A DNA stretch of 64,000 nt, from positions 13,116,383-13,180,382 of the forward strand of contig NC_068982.1 in NCBI RefSeq assembly GCF_001194135.2, written 5' to 3'. Position 1 is the first letter of the stretch; each line of letters starts with the position of its first letter. Below the pieces are notes generated by a model. The model was not told the DNA's origin. It did no database searches and saw only the letters and a list, made by a program, of their open reading frames with translations. Below, piece by piece: positions 24,226-37,422 of the stretch. The stretch comes from Octopus bimaculoides. Its lineage: Eukaryota. A program made the position numbers and the translations under genes.

Positions 24226-24670
24226 TACCTTTTATCTTTTACTTGTTTCAGTCATTAAACTATGGCCATGCTGGGGCATCGTCTTGAAGACCCACCAGTA
24301 CTTTTCCGTTGTTAGCCTGGTACTTATTCTATTGATCTCTTTTGCTAAACTGCTATGTTACAGGGACGTAAACGCACCAACACCTGTGTGAAGCTGCCGT
24401 AGAGGTACAAATACAGGCAGAAAGACACACACACACACACACACACATGCGTGCACATGCACACACACACTCACAAATACACATGCACACACACAAACAC
24501 ACACACACACATGAAAGCTTCTTTTAGTTTCTATCTACCAAATTCACTCACAGAGCTTTGGTCAGCTTGAGGCTATAGTAAAAAACACTTGCCCAAGGTT
24601 CCATGCAGTGGGACTGAACCCAGAACCATGATACTGGAAAGCAAGCTTCTCACTACACAGCCATGCCTGC
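24226..24670 (-). mobile_element. SINE family B
   Basis: Family B motifs with internal (CA)n. Confidence 0.82.
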
Positions 24671-24712
24671 CAGAGAAAAAAAAATTTTTGGTCTCGTATG
24701 CAGAAATATTTA

Positions 24713-24966
24713 CTAACCTATTTGAGACCATCTCTGATTCTATTATAAGACAAAACTCAATTTAAAATATTTATACATATATATTTAAATTAAAATGTAT
24801 CATAATTTTATGCCAAACAATTTTGTGCTCCATACAACAACCTAATTATACACAAAGACTTAATCATTTTGCTAAAAACACCTTCAACCTTTTGAATTTA
24901 TTTTGAAAATGAATTGAATCAGATAAGTAATATATATAATTGGAATTATGGTTTTGAATGGGTTAA
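24713..24966. mobile_element. Possible piggyBac-type MITE, decayed
   Basis: Ends CTAACCTATTTGAGACC and GGTTTTGAATGGGTTAA are imperfect inverted repeats; TTAA intact only on the right. Confidence 0.35.
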
Positions 24967-25453
24967 ACCAGTCATAGGAAAACTACAGCCCACAGGGCCT
25001 TCTAAAAGGTATGCCTAATAAAAAATTACCTTGAATTTTTTTAAGAGTGCGACCTACATGATTAATGAGTGATGTCTCATATTCTCACTTCTCCAAAAAG
25101 GTTGGCCATTCTTGGGTTAACCATTTCATGACAAAAGTATGTGCCCACTGAATGTGTAATAAGTTTATTTGTTAATTACTATAGTATTTTAGGCAATTAA
25201 CCATTTTTAGTGTACACAATAATTTCTTTTGTGTACTGTTTTTAAAGCTTATGAATGCACATGTGCATAGCTTTGGGAGAATTCTGCACAAAGGATATTT
25301 TTTTTTTCCAAGATTTCATTGCGTCTATTTATAAATGTGTATTATGCATGACTGCATATTATACATGAATGAATATGGTAATAATCCCAGTAAAATTACA
25401 ATGCACATATTCTAATTGAAAACGAAACAGATTTATATAGCTTTATTTTGTAG

Positions 25454-25530
25454 AAACAAAACTTCATCTTTGGTCAAGATCTCATCGACATTTTTAAGTT
25501 CCACTTGGAAAGGAAAGTGAGGGTGGAAAG
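25454..25530 (+). CDS. Candidate internal exon of unidentified gene (KQNFIFGQDLIDIFKFHLERKVRVE-R)
   Basis: Acceptor ctttattttgtag, donor AAG|GTAAGT, one of three frames open, phase 0 to 2. Confidence 0.5.
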
Positions 25531-26904
25531 GTAAGTACTACCTCCCAGTGAATTAGAGAAAAGATGGGTGACTGGCAAAAATGGTCAGAGTGAAAAACCC
25601 TACTCTAAGTATGTGCCTATAAACTGGAGAGTATCAGAGAGGGCTTGTACGTTTGGTGGTCAGGGTAATTCTGGATCTGTGGAGTTCCTTGATTAGCCCT
25701 AGCTGGAGTTTCTCCAGTATCACGAGGACTGTATCATTCATGTTGCCACATACTTTGTATATTTTGTATATGTTTATAGCATTTCACTGTCTTTGTTCTT
25801 TCTCCACATCCTTTACATAAATTCCCATACAAATTGTTGTCTCTCTTTGTGATGAGCCCTCATCTACGCCCCTGAGGCAAATAAAAGAAATTACTTTTTT
25901 TAAGAATTCCTTATAACATAACCGAATTGGTTAAGTGCTAGACAAATTGCATTGTGCTACTTAGTTACATCCCTTTATATTTTGAATTCAAATCCTGCTA
26001 ACATTTACTTTTTTTTTTATCTTTCTTTTATCTTTATATTAATAAACTAAAGTACCAGTCAAGTACTGTAGTTGATTTAATTGATTATACACTCCTCAAA
26101 AATGCATGGCTTTCTACCAATGTCAGAATTTGCTTTCATTATTATTGCACCAATATCAGTTTGTATTTAACCCTTCCAGGGTCAATAAATCAAGTATCCA
26201 TCAAATAATGGGACAAGTTAAATGACTCATCACTCCCTCAAAATTCAAGATTCTATGCTAGTGTTGAAAATTCATTGAAAAGGAATAGTTTTCATAAGTG
26301 TACAAAATACAAACACAAGTTTACAAAATTTGTATCAAGACACTACTACAATCTGTTTAAAAAGATATTATAACAAAAGATTTTATGTGAATCAATAGAA
26401 TGTGGTGCTTCAACATAGCATTAACTGCCATGATTGAAACAAGCTAAAGAAAGTAACTTGCTGTCTGTTGACAAGATGACAGCCATTGAAAGTCAAGAAA
26501 TGACATTAAGAGTTGATGTTAAAAAGTGGGCAGCTATGAAAAGCCATGTTGTATGAATAGCAGAAGATATGGTGAAAGAGTTGCTGCCATGAAGTATGTG
26601 AAAGTAGCAAGACACGATTAAGTTAAAAGAATAAAATGGTTGGAACAGGTGTAAGAATACAAAGTGCTCAAAGCCATCATCTTGCTGATTTCGATGATGT
26701 CATTAATTTATGTTTGCTTTAATAGTTTAGGATACCAGACAAGTAAACAGAGGCTGCCTTAAAAATACATTAGAAATAATAAACCGTAAAAGTTTTATTA
26801 TTTGTAGGCTTTGAAAGCAGAAAATGTGAGTTAAAAAGGCAAATGTATAGGGTGTTGTTAAAACAAGAAAATTCATTTTGAAATCAATATATTGATATAT
26901 CTTT

Positions 26905-27275
26905 CGTCTATTACTTATTTCAGTCATTAGAGTGTGGCTGTGCTGGGACACTGCCGTTAACAATTTTAGTCAAGCGAATTTATCCCAGCAATCATTTCTT
27001 TTAAAACCTGGTACTAATTTTATCAGTCTCTATTGCTGAACAACTAAGTTACAAGATGTAAACACACCAACACCAGTTGTCAAGCAGTGGTGAGGTATGG
27101 ACAGGCTTCTTCTGGTTTCCATCTACCAAATCCTCTCACAAGTCTTTGGTTGGCCCAAAGTCATTATAGTAGAAGACACTTGCCCAAGGTGTCACGTGGT
27201 GGGATTGAACCCAGAACCATGCGGTTGGGAAGCAAACTTCTAATCACACAGCAATGCCTGTGCCTACACACAGCC
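26905..27275 (-). mobile_element. SINE family B, diverged
   Basis: Family B motifs. Confidence 0.72.
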
Positions 27276-28516
27276 ATGTCTACACCTACACACGGTCTTG
27301 TCTGCACCTATGTTTATCAAAAACACGATTTACTAATGAGAAAGGAAAATGAGGTGAAAAATTATTTATATTATATCATAGGTTTGTTTGTAATGAGAGA
27401 AGTTTTTGAGGATTCTAAATTTCATAGAACTAAGTGTTAGAGAGAAAAACAGAACATTATACTCATGAAATTTCATGTACAGATAAAGTGAAAGAAATGT
27501 TTTCAAACACCCAAATACACTGTTTGATGGCCCTACTTTCTAAAGAATATTCTCCATTACCTAGAACTCCACAGACTCTCACCCACCAGAATAAAAAAGC
27601 AAACAAAACTACCGCTGTTCTATACAAAAGATAAAAGGACTCGAGTTTCTTGATTATGGACAATCATTATATTTTTTGTATTTTATGAAATCAAACTATC
27701 AATAAAAGGCCTTGTAAAAATGAATCTCCTTTCAAGATAAAACAAAGAAACTACCTGTGCCAGGAGCTACAAAATGATGGATGATAGAAGTGGATTAAAA
27801 AGAAGAATTCTTTTCTTATTGGAGCATAAACAAAAAGAAAAGAACATGGGGATGGATCTATGTATTATATATTAAGCATTTCATGGTGTCGTCTTCTCTA
27901 CTATTGAGTGCAGGCTGGAATGTTGGGGCTGCAAACCTAGTCAGTCAAGTTGCTCCTTAAATTTGCTTAACCATTTGTAACTTGTAGATAGATTCAATTG
28001 GGTTTTTCTGCTGACAGTCATCCAAGAAAGGCCACTTGATATATCGGTAACAACACACCCTCACTTCTAGTTCACAGACATCTTGTTTCCTTACCCTGAC
28101 TTTTCAACCCCTACTACAATGGTCTCCTGCTCCTTGCAGCTGATAATCTCATGCCACCTCCACATAAGCATTTCCAACTCACTTGTCTACCCTCTCTTAT
28201 TATCCATTGTGTCTACCTCACCACCATGTTTATGATCCACACTGACTATTTCACCCATGCCTTTCTCCCTTGGGTCATTGAAATTCTTTCACTGCTCAGA
28301 ATTTCCATGCAGCTGTCAGCCTGCATCTGCTCCAGTGGAACATGGGTCAATACTATTTGTCTTGATAAGGAAGAATGCAGGCAGAATGGTTAGTACGCCG
28401 GACGAAATGCTTAGCGGTATTTTGTTTTCCATTACGGTATTTTGTCTGCCAAAGTACACTGATACACTGACCTCAAATAAAAACATTGCAGAAATGGTCA
28501 AAAAGCAAAAAACAAC

Positions 28517-28612
28517 ATGAAAACTGAATTACAAAAGATACACACTGTCCAAAATATAGCCCTGCTATGAACAGCCGGCATCCTATGCAAGACACTTTCA
28601 ATACAGCAATAA
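28517..28612 (+). mobile_element. R4/Dong-clade LINE C-terminal relic
   Basis: MKTELQKIHTVQNIALL*TAGILCKTLSIQQ* matches the end of the 29295-30793 element (MQKIALLGTAHILRKTLSIQ*). Confidence 0.6.
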
Positions 28613-28882
28613 CCCAATGAAACAAACTTCCACCAGCAAACTAGATAACCAATGCATTACACACTCAACACACAATACAAGCAGTAATACAGCAAAAGAC
28701 TGCACCACACCTCAAGAGAAAAGAAAAAAACTAACACTATACAATACCGGGAAGTGTTTTGTGCACTCCTAATAACAGAAAAGAACACACAATGCTGCAC
28801 ACACCCCTGCAACACAGAGGTGGAGCAGGTGATGCAGTAGAAATTTGCCTCAAACTACCAAATGCTGAACAATTATATAATA

Positions 28883-29065
28883 CAGTTCTATATTTAAGAG
28901 GTGAGGAATCATGTACATTATTTATATTATTTATATTATTTACATTATTTACATTATTTACATTTGACAGATATTTGTCTTCGGCTGATATACCCTACAG
29001 CCTTCATCAGGTGTCTTGGGGAAATTTCAAACCTGGGTTCTCATCCCTAAGGCATTTTTCGATGC

Positions 29066-29109
<44 letters not shown>

Positions 29110-29222
29110 TCGCTGCTTGGAATTGAATTCGGAATCTTGGGGTTAGTAGCCTGCACTCTTAATCACTATGCCATATACCTGTGAGGACAAATATCTGTCA
29201 AATGTAAATAATGTAAATAATT
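28883..29222. mobile_element. Second family G fold-back SINE (long left arm on minus, short right arm)
   Basis: Same sequence as 4003-4446; hammerhead broken by a deletion after GAA; right arm GAGGACAAATATCTGTCAAATGTAAATAATG. Confidence 0.8.
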
Positions 29223-29244
29223 ATATAATGATAACAATAACAAC

Positions 29245-29294
<50 letters not shown>

Positions 29295-29297
<3 letters not shown>

Positions 29298-30793
29298 GAA
29301 ATGAAATTCGGATTAGAAAAATGTGCCAAAGCAACCCTGAAAAGAGGAAAATTAGTTAAAAGTAGCAATATAACACTAGATAAAGCCAATGAAATAAGAG
29401 AACTAGACGAAAGCCAACCATATAAGTATTTAGGAGTCAATGAACTAGATAGGATACAACATACACAAATGAAAGAAAAAATAAAGAAAGAGTACTATAG
29501 ACGAGTTAGATCAATACTAAAAACAGAGCTCAATGCTAAAAACAAGATAANNNNNNNNNNNNNNNNNNNNNNNNNNNNNNNNNNNNNNNNNNNNNNNNNN
29601 NNNNNNNNNNNNNNNNNNNNNNNNNNNNNNNNNNNNNNNNNNNNNNNNNNNNNNNNNNNNNNNNNNNNNNNNNNNNNNNNNNNNNNNNNNNNNNNNNNNN
29701 NNNNNNNNNNNNNNNNNNNNNNNNNNNNNNNNNNNNNNNNNNNNNNNNNNNNNNNNNNNNNNNNNNNNNNNNNNNNNNNNNNNNNNNNNNNNNNNNNNNN
29801 NNNNNNNNNNNNNNNNNNNNNNNNNNNNNNNNNNNNNNNNNNNNNNNNNNNNNNNNNNNNNNNNNNNNNNNNNNNNNNNNNNNNNNNNNNNNNNNNNNNN
29901 NNNNNNNNNNNNNNNNNNNNNNNNNNNNNNNNNNNNNNNNNNNNNNNNNNNNNNNNNNNNNNNNNNNNNNNNNNNNNNNNNNNNNNNNNNNNNNNNNNNN
30001 NNNNNNNNNNNNNNNNNNNNNNNNNNNNNNNNNNNNNNNNNNNNNNNNNNNNNNNNNNNNNNNNNNNNNNNNNNNNNNNNNNNNNNNNNNNNNNNNNNNN
30101 NNNNNNNNNNNNNNNNNNNNNNNNNNNNNNNNNNNNNNNNNNNNNNNNNNNNNNNNNNNNNNNNNNNNNNNNNNNNNNNNNNNNNNNNNNNNNNNNNNNN
30201 NNNNNNNNNNNNNNNNNNNNNNNNNNNNNNNNNNNNNNNNNNNNNNNNNNNNNNNNNNNNNNNNNNNNNNNNNNNNNNNNNNNNNNNNNNNNNNNNNNNN
30301 NNNNNNNNNNNNNNNNNNNNNNNNNNNNNNNNNNNNNNNNNNNNNNNNNNNNNNNNNNNNNNNNNNNNNNNNNNNNNNNNNNNNNNNNNNNNNNNNNNNN
30401 NNNNNNNNNNNNNNNNNNNNNNNNNNNNNNNNNNNNNNNNNNNNNNNNNNNNNNNNNNNNNNNNNNNNNNNNNNNNNNTGGAATCTAAAAACAGAAACAA
30501 TTCCTATCATAGTAGGTGCCTTAGGTATAATAAAAAAATATTCAGACAAATACATAACAAAAATAGCAGGACTTACAAATATATATAACATGCAGAAAAT
30601 TGCACTACTGGGTACTGCACACATTCTACGCAAAACACTTTCAATACAGTAAACATAAGAGCACCACAGCAAACCACAGCACATACCCAAGGCGCACAGA
30701 GCTGCGCTCGGTAGTGAAGTGAAAGCACGTTATAAAAATAAAACTACTGAATAATAATAATAATAATGATGATGATAATAATAATAATAATAA
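29295..30793 (+). mobile_element. 5'-truncated R4/Dong-clade (RLE-type) non-LTR retrotransposon embedded in (TAA)n
   Basis: MKFGLEKCAK...PYKYLG...KEYYRRVRSILKTELNAKNKI, gap, then WNLKTETIPIIVGALG...MQKIALLGTAHILRKTLSIQ* (stop 30650-30652); (AAT)n at 29245-29293 and 30750-30792. Confidence 0.88.
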
Positions 30794-31228
30794 AGATAGA
30801 TTTATCTGAGGAGATTCCAATCATCCATTTTCTTGTCTTTTGACCTAACAAAAAATAAAAGCATATTCTAACAAACCTTCATTTTTTAATTTTGTTGGAC
30901 TTGGTTTAGTCTGGAAAAAAAAAGTTGTGCCATGGCCTTCACACAGACTTTCAATATTGGCTTCAAATTTTAGCACAAGGCCAGCAATTTCTGGGAGGCG
31001 ATAAATCAATTTCTATTCAGTTTGCAATAGTTTTATGTGAGTTTCTACAGCATCAATAGATGCACCATCATGTTTTGGGCTTTAGTGAATGTAGATCTGT
31101 CTTTGTGTGTTTCATCAATTTTGCCTTTCGGTGTTATCTTAATCTTTCCTCTGTTCTGTTGATTATGTGTGATATCATTTGCGTTATTTAGTAGGGGGTT
31201 AATTGTTTTATGTGAGTTGTGCGTTTGG

Positions 31229-31665
31229 TATTGTGTTGAGTCAAAAGTTTTGCAATATTTTGGTAGCTTATTTGGTTTATTCATCACGTTACAACAAGAG
31301 CAGCCTGGCATTCAAAGTAGAGGCCATCGTGTTGCACAGTCTGAAACCACATTTCTGCCAGTTCTTTGATTCCCTGCTGATACCATTTCTTGCCCTTTGA
31401 GGAGTATTTGCTTCAATCCTTAGCTCACTTCATGCACTTGTGATATTTCATCAACTAAGAGGAGGTGGAAGCTTCCGTGAAGGAGTTCTTTGTCTTGAAG
31501 GACAAGAACTGATATCAGCATGGTATCAAAGAACTGGTAGAAATGTGGCTTCAGATGATGCAACACAATGGCCCCTACTTTGAATGCTAGATGGCTTTTG
31601 TTGTAACTTGATGAATAAAGCAAATAAGCTACCAATACATTGCTAACTCTTGGCTCAACACAGTA
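31229..31665. mobile_element. Mariner-derived MITE made of two inverted 3' ends
   Basis: TA|YTGTGTTGAGYCAA ends; plus arm translates EVEASVKEFFVLKDKN*YQHGIKELVEMWLQMMQHNGPYFEC*, minus arm KWYQQGIKELAEMWFQTVQHDGLYFEC. Confidence 0.82.
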
Positions 31666-32064
31666 TGTGCTGCAGTATCAGATGGTGATTGTGTAAAGCA
31701 TGTGGGTTTGAATAGAATTACTGGGTGGTACCTGTATAGAATGTGAGTTGAGTGATTTGTAGGTGTCATAGAGTTGAGATTTGGTTGTGTAAGAGCATGT
31801 GTCATGTTATTTTAAACTGGATGTTGATTGTGTAGTGTATCTGATGTGTGGCGTTATTTTATTCTGAGCCTATTGTATAAAGTTGTGTTTAGTGATTTTA
31901 CTGTTTGATTTGTGGTATTGAAATGAATGTGTCTGACATAAGATGTGGACTGTATCCTGCAAACATTTTTTGGATTCTACATAGCATAGTGTGTTCTGGC
32001 ACGCTTGTATTTTTTTACTTTACATTATTTTATCATAACTATCTCTCTCTAATTACTATTACTT

Positions 32065-32290
32065 TCAAATTTTGGTACAAGGCCAGCAATTTTATCACAA
32101 GCCAGCACTTTTGGCAGAGGAGGTAAGTTGATTATATTGTCCCCAGTGCTCAACTGGTACTTATTTCATTGATCGTGAAAGGGATGAATAGCAAAGTCGA
32201 CCTCAGAAGAATTCAAACACAGAATGTAAAGATGGACAAAATGCCACGAAGCATTTTGCCTGGCAAGCTAATGATTCTGCCATCTTGCTT
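32065..32290 (-). mobile_element. SINE family A
   Basis: Family A motifs in reverse. Confidence 0.78.
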
Positions 32291-32294
32291 GCTA

Positions 32295-33120
32295 CTGTTT
32301 CTATTTTTATACTCCACATCCTGTTTATTTCCAATTTAAGATGTTTGTATTCTGACAGTTTCTCCATCTCCATATGAGTAATGTTTTTTTGTGAAAAGAG
32401 ACCAAAATGTCCATTAATTCACAAGTATTTTCACCCCAGTCTCCAATAATCATGTCTGACTGGTTTGCCTTAATCTTTTTGTCAGTTTAAATAGAACTGT
32501 CTCACATGATTGTGACCAAATTACTGTTATGTTTGGCACATTTTTATACCACACCTGGTCCATTTCCCTGCTGAAATGTCAGCATATTGTACAGTAGACA
32601 AATCCACTGAGTCAGCCGTGTCTGAAAATATAACTGCACTTTGCAAAAAACAAGACAGTTGGAGATGATGAGGTTAAGCTGGATTTTATCGTCTGTATAG
32701 TCTGCACTTGATGCTATCATCTCCTTTGATATTTTGTCTCTGTAGTTGTTTGTGCCTAGACATTGGTCTTGAATAACAAGAATAAAACGTTTGTAGTTTT
32801 AGTGTAGAGCTTCTGAGCCATTTTTGGCTTTCTCTTTGGCTTGCTTCCTCTCTCTCTTTCTAAAATCTTGCAGGAAATTGACCAAGAAATAGTTTCCACT
32901 TCTTCTTTCTCTTTAGAGTACTTTGAAATTCTATTTTGATTTTGATTTTTCTTTTCTTCATCTTTTTTGTTGTTCTGTCCTTATCCTCCATCTTTTACCT
33001 CAGTGTAGTTAGTTTCCATTTTGTACTTTATCATTACTTCTCATAATACAGTAAAGTATTTTTCCTGTTTTCTTATTACACTTATCATCTTTCTTTACTT
33101 GCTTCTAAATTCTTTTCTAA
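32295..33120 (-). mobile_element. Old R4/Dong-clade LINE fragment (zinc knuckle and RLE endonuclease region)
   Basis: Frameshifted pieces KCRL..., LIISNC, YIFRH, TDKKIKANQSDMII, EMEKLSEYKHLKLEINRMWSIKIETV. Confidence 0.68.
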
Positions 33121-33282
33121 TCCTCCTGGTGTTGTTGTTGTTGTTATTTAATTTTCTTTGGTTAAGCGACACATAATTTAATAAAATTGATGCTGCGTAT
33201 ATCAATTATATTACTAATAGGCAAATTCAATATTTAGCTTTGAGACCTAAACACTTTAGTTTTCAATTGCTCAACTGCCAGG

Positions 33283-33681
33283 TTAGAATCCCCACAAATA
33301 TAGAAAACTACTCACACTTGAAATCATAAACAATTCATGCATTTTGAATATTTTATGTCCATTCATACTAGTTTCTAACATTACTACAAGGTGTATAGCT
33401 AATTGCATCAGCCATAGTACTTGATTGGTGCTTGTTTTATTGCTACAAGGTGGTATAAAAACAAATTCAACTCCAGTGAGAACAGAACTCAGAAAATAAA
33501 TTAACAACCAAACACTGCCAGGCATTTTATCTGGTACATTATTCATTCCACCATTCAACATCCTTAAATGTCTATTTGTAATGATCGTTTCAATGACATT
33601 ATATTGCCTTCCAGTAGAAGGAAAACGTTTCATTCTTTCTATTCTGGCCTTTCTGTTTCTTATAACTTCCTCCCTGAGCAT
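33283..33681 (-). CDS. 132-codon ORF of unknown nature with hydrophobic segments
   Basis: Non-repetitive open frame in AT-rich DNA; internal AGT|GTGAGT donor-like site; no motif recognised. Confidence 0.22.
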   Translation of the reverse strand: MLREEVIRNRKARIERMKRFPSTGRQYNVIETIITNRHLRMLNGGMNNVPDKMPGSVWLLIYFLSSVLTGVEFVFIPPCSNKTSTNQVLWLMQLAIHLVVMLETSMNGHKIFKMHELFMISSVSSFLYLWGF

Positions 33682-34392
33682 GACATCAAATAATTTTCAT
33701 AATTTTTTTATTGCTAAACTTACATTCTTTTGAGTTTCACTTCTTGCTTATATTTTTCTACTACTTCAGACTAACAATTGTAAATATTTACAACCGAAAT
33801 TCCATCAATGCATCATCTCCTACACAATCCATGACTTTTGTTATTTTTCTCACTTTATTCCTAAAGAAAAGAAAATGAAAATTTACTTTTTCTCTCAAGT
33901 GTATAATTCTCTGCTAAACTCAAAGCTTTTGATATTTAACTTTGGATAAAACTAGATCTTGTACAATACTGGATCATAACATGCTTACAACTTCAAAGTT
34001 ATTCACTTGCCTTAACTATAGTGAGCTTTATGAAATAAATATAGGAAATAATAAATATACATTTCTTCATTGAGATTGCGTTCATAAGGTAGAATGAATT
34101 GGCTAAGGTTATAAACTAAAATATGGATTTCTTCCAATTGCATCAGAACCAAATCTTTTGTATAAGAAAGATATTTTCAGTTGAATTAATCCCAGTATAT
34201 TTTATTAATCTCATATATGTGAAAATCAAATTCAAACCACGGATGCAGGAATAGCTGTGTGGTTTAGTATTCTGATTTGCAACAATGTGAAACTGGATTC
34301 AGTTTTATTGTAAGGCACATTTGGCAAATGTTGCTTACCACAGGTTCAGCTCGACCAATAAGTTAAACTTGGTTGACAGAAATTGTGCAGAA

Positions 34393-34481
34393 AGGCAGCA
34401 AACTGGCAGAAACGTTAGCACGCCGGGAAAAATGCTTAGCGGTATTTCGTCTGCCGCTACATTGTGGGCAGTAAAGAAATA
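34393..34481 (+). mobile_element. Miniature family A SINE (head fused to tail) with 15 bp TSD
   Basis: TSD AGAAATTGTGCAGAA at 34378-34392 and 34482-34496. Confidence 0.75.
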
Positions 34482-35672
34482 AGAAATTGTGCAGAATATT
34501 TTCCTATAAATGTCTGTTTATATTCTTCAATGATGTATGTCAGTGAGACAACTGATAACCTGGTGCCTTCAAATGTAAATCTTTGTGATATTTGCTCTGT
34601 CTTAGTCACACAGAAACTCGCTCATTATACTTTCGTTCATTATACTTTCCATGACAAATACTTTCCCATTGAAAACCTGCCACTAATGAAACTATTGTCT
34701 ATAAAATATGATTCATAATAAATAAATAAATCAACAAACTTAATTGGAATCATGTTGGTTTGCCTTTGGTGACCCAAACTTAATGTTATCTAGAATTGCA
34801 CCATCTCAGTCATTTTTTCTTTTACTGCTCTTTCAAAATTCAAATATTTTCTAATATGCTTAGAGAATTTCCATCTTCCTATGATGAATTTGAAGACTGA
34901 TATTATTTGCTCACTGATGCAACACAAACGCATTCCTTAAGCCCTGCTACTTAAATTACAAAACGCCACACGCTAATGAACATAAAGATAACATTTAATT
35001 TCTCTTCTTTCTTAAGATCGTGTTATTATACTCCACAGCCTGGTGTATAAAAATAGTCTCTCTTACTAAGTTGAAATCAAGAAAAAAAATTTTTTTAAAT
35101 ATTTTTCAGTTTTATTCTTTTCACCATAGTTTCAAAAAATGGCAGAAAGTAAAAAAAAAGACAAAGAGCAAACATGTTTCAATTGACTTATTTTTAATCA
35201 CTATCATTATTATCTTTTTAACTGATGGAAGAAAAATGGCAAATTTCAACCAAAAAACAAAAAATAAATAAATTAATAATAATAAATTTTAAAAAATGAA
35301 AACAAGGATTTAATGGCTGTTTTAAATTACAAATTGGCAAATATGAAAGAAAAAGTATCAATTATTAAATGAACATTTTTCTTGATGAACAGGAAATTGT
35401 AATAAAATAGATTTTTAGTGTTTGTCATCAATTTTTTTTTTCAAATTCTCTATAGAAAGCAATTAGATTGTTTGAATATTGAAAATTAGAATTATGCTCA
35501 AGAAAGTTGATTGCTTTTGTAACATCCAATTTAGTCAATTTTGAACAAAGCAACAAACTATTTCAGTTTGATGTTTTGATATATATACATACATATATTG
35601 AATATGTATACATGTATATGTCTATTCATATATATGTATGTAAATGTATATGTATTTACCTATCTATCTATC

Positions 35673-35720
<48 letters not shown>

Positions 35721-35901
35721 TGTATGTATGTATGTATATATATACATGTATTCTCTCACATATAAACATACACATTCATATAGATATTAGCGTTTGTGTA
35801 TATGTGTGTAAACAGAGCATAGATTTAGAAAAAGCTATAAATTCTCAGAGATGACTATCTACTTGAATATCATACGCAATAGTTATTCATTTTGGTTTCA
35901 G

Positions 35902-35989
35902 GTCAATAGCTGCATCAAGCCAGACTCGTATGATGGAAAGACAAGAAAATATGAAGAAGGAATCCAATAGACACACTGTTCACAATTGA
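35902..35989 (+). CDS. Candidate terminal exon (SIAASSQTRMMERQENMKKESNRHTVHN*)
   Basis: Acceptor ttattcattttggtttcag; phase compatible with the 25454-25530 exon; ATTAAA about 75 bp downstream. Confidence 0.33.
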
Positions 35990-36715
35990 GTTTCTATTTT
36001 AGTTTGAATAATTGATATATCACCAGGAAATATTGAAACTTTTATCAAGGTTTCTCTGTAGTAAATTAAACATACTCGAAGAAGATTCATTGACCAATAG
36101 CATGATTGACCACCGACAAAATATAATCAATGTATTTAAGTTTTGGAACTGGTAGAAAAATCAAGCATTGATGAAGTAGGGATGATGTGGGTCTTCTTTT
36201 GTTTGATTTATAGATATCATTATTATATTAGAATCACAGTAAATATTTATTTGACATATATTGTGAACAATGAGCATATCTGACTAAACGTTTTACATTT
36301 TCTCCATCAGCTTCCTTCTCCCCCCCCCCATACAACATCATTATCAGATACATTTATCAAACCAAGGAATATCTTACACCTATTTCATATATGCTGTTGA
36401 TTTAATAATATTCACTGATTTGGAATATGTTCCGTTTCAGTCTCAGTTTTACGACCAAACACCTTTTAAAACATCAATCACTCTAACCAGATAAGCTACC
36501 AGCTTCATTTTAGTGTTGATTCATTTAAATGATGACAGCCATAAAAGAGTAATTGCTAAGCTGGATTAACATTAAAATGTCTCTCCTTAAAATGTAGACC
36601 AGATCGTGCATCTCTAAGCTTTATGATTTTTTCCTGTTTAAAATGCATAGGTCTTGAACATGATGTTGAAGACAATTTGTAGTACATGTATACATCTTGT
36701 AATACAATGTATATG

Positions 36716-36757
<42 letters not shown>

Positions 36758-37422
36758 GAGAGAGAAGGGGGAGAGAAAGAGAGAGGGGGAGGGAGAGAGA
36801 GAAGGAGAAAAGGACATATATAAACATGCTTGCGCATATGTTTGCAAAATGTAAATTAACAATGATAATGTGTCCATTTCTTTTTCAAGGAAATAGTGTG
36901 AAGGATATTTAACCAGTGCCTATCAGGCCAAAGAGACCTTATTGGAGCTCCCTAATTGGGTTGCAATGATAAAACGAGCAGAAGAGGCTGCTGTGCTAGA
37001 GTGGACATGTAATAGGAATAGATGAAAACTGCTGAGTGAAAAGCATTGTTCTGATTCGGAAGTTTGGACACTGAATCGTATGAAAGAAGAATAGAACAGT
37101 CACGTTTGAAACACCTTTGATCATAGGTGAATCCAGTCAGCACCAGCCGAGGGTTAAACAATTATTTGTAGCAAATTATGATGCTTCTCTATCACTAGGT
37201 TCATGGCCATTCATATTACTATAATTTACAGGATTATTTGAATTTTACAATTTTTTAATCTAATTATCTTTTAATCTTATTATTTTAAGATTTTAGTCTG
37301 ACTGAGTATACCTATGTTTAAAGGTATTCCTATTATGAATAATGTATCTCATTTTCTAGACATAGAATATGTCATCATCATAGTTGTTGTTTTAATATCT
37401 CCTTTTTTTTCGTAAGATGGTG

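Noticed and set aside
36890-37010. Exon-like segment (CEGYLTSAYQAKETLLELPNWVAMIKRAEEAAVLEWT)
   Set aside because: The strong acceptor gives stops in all frames; needs a weaker downstream AG and a weak donor.
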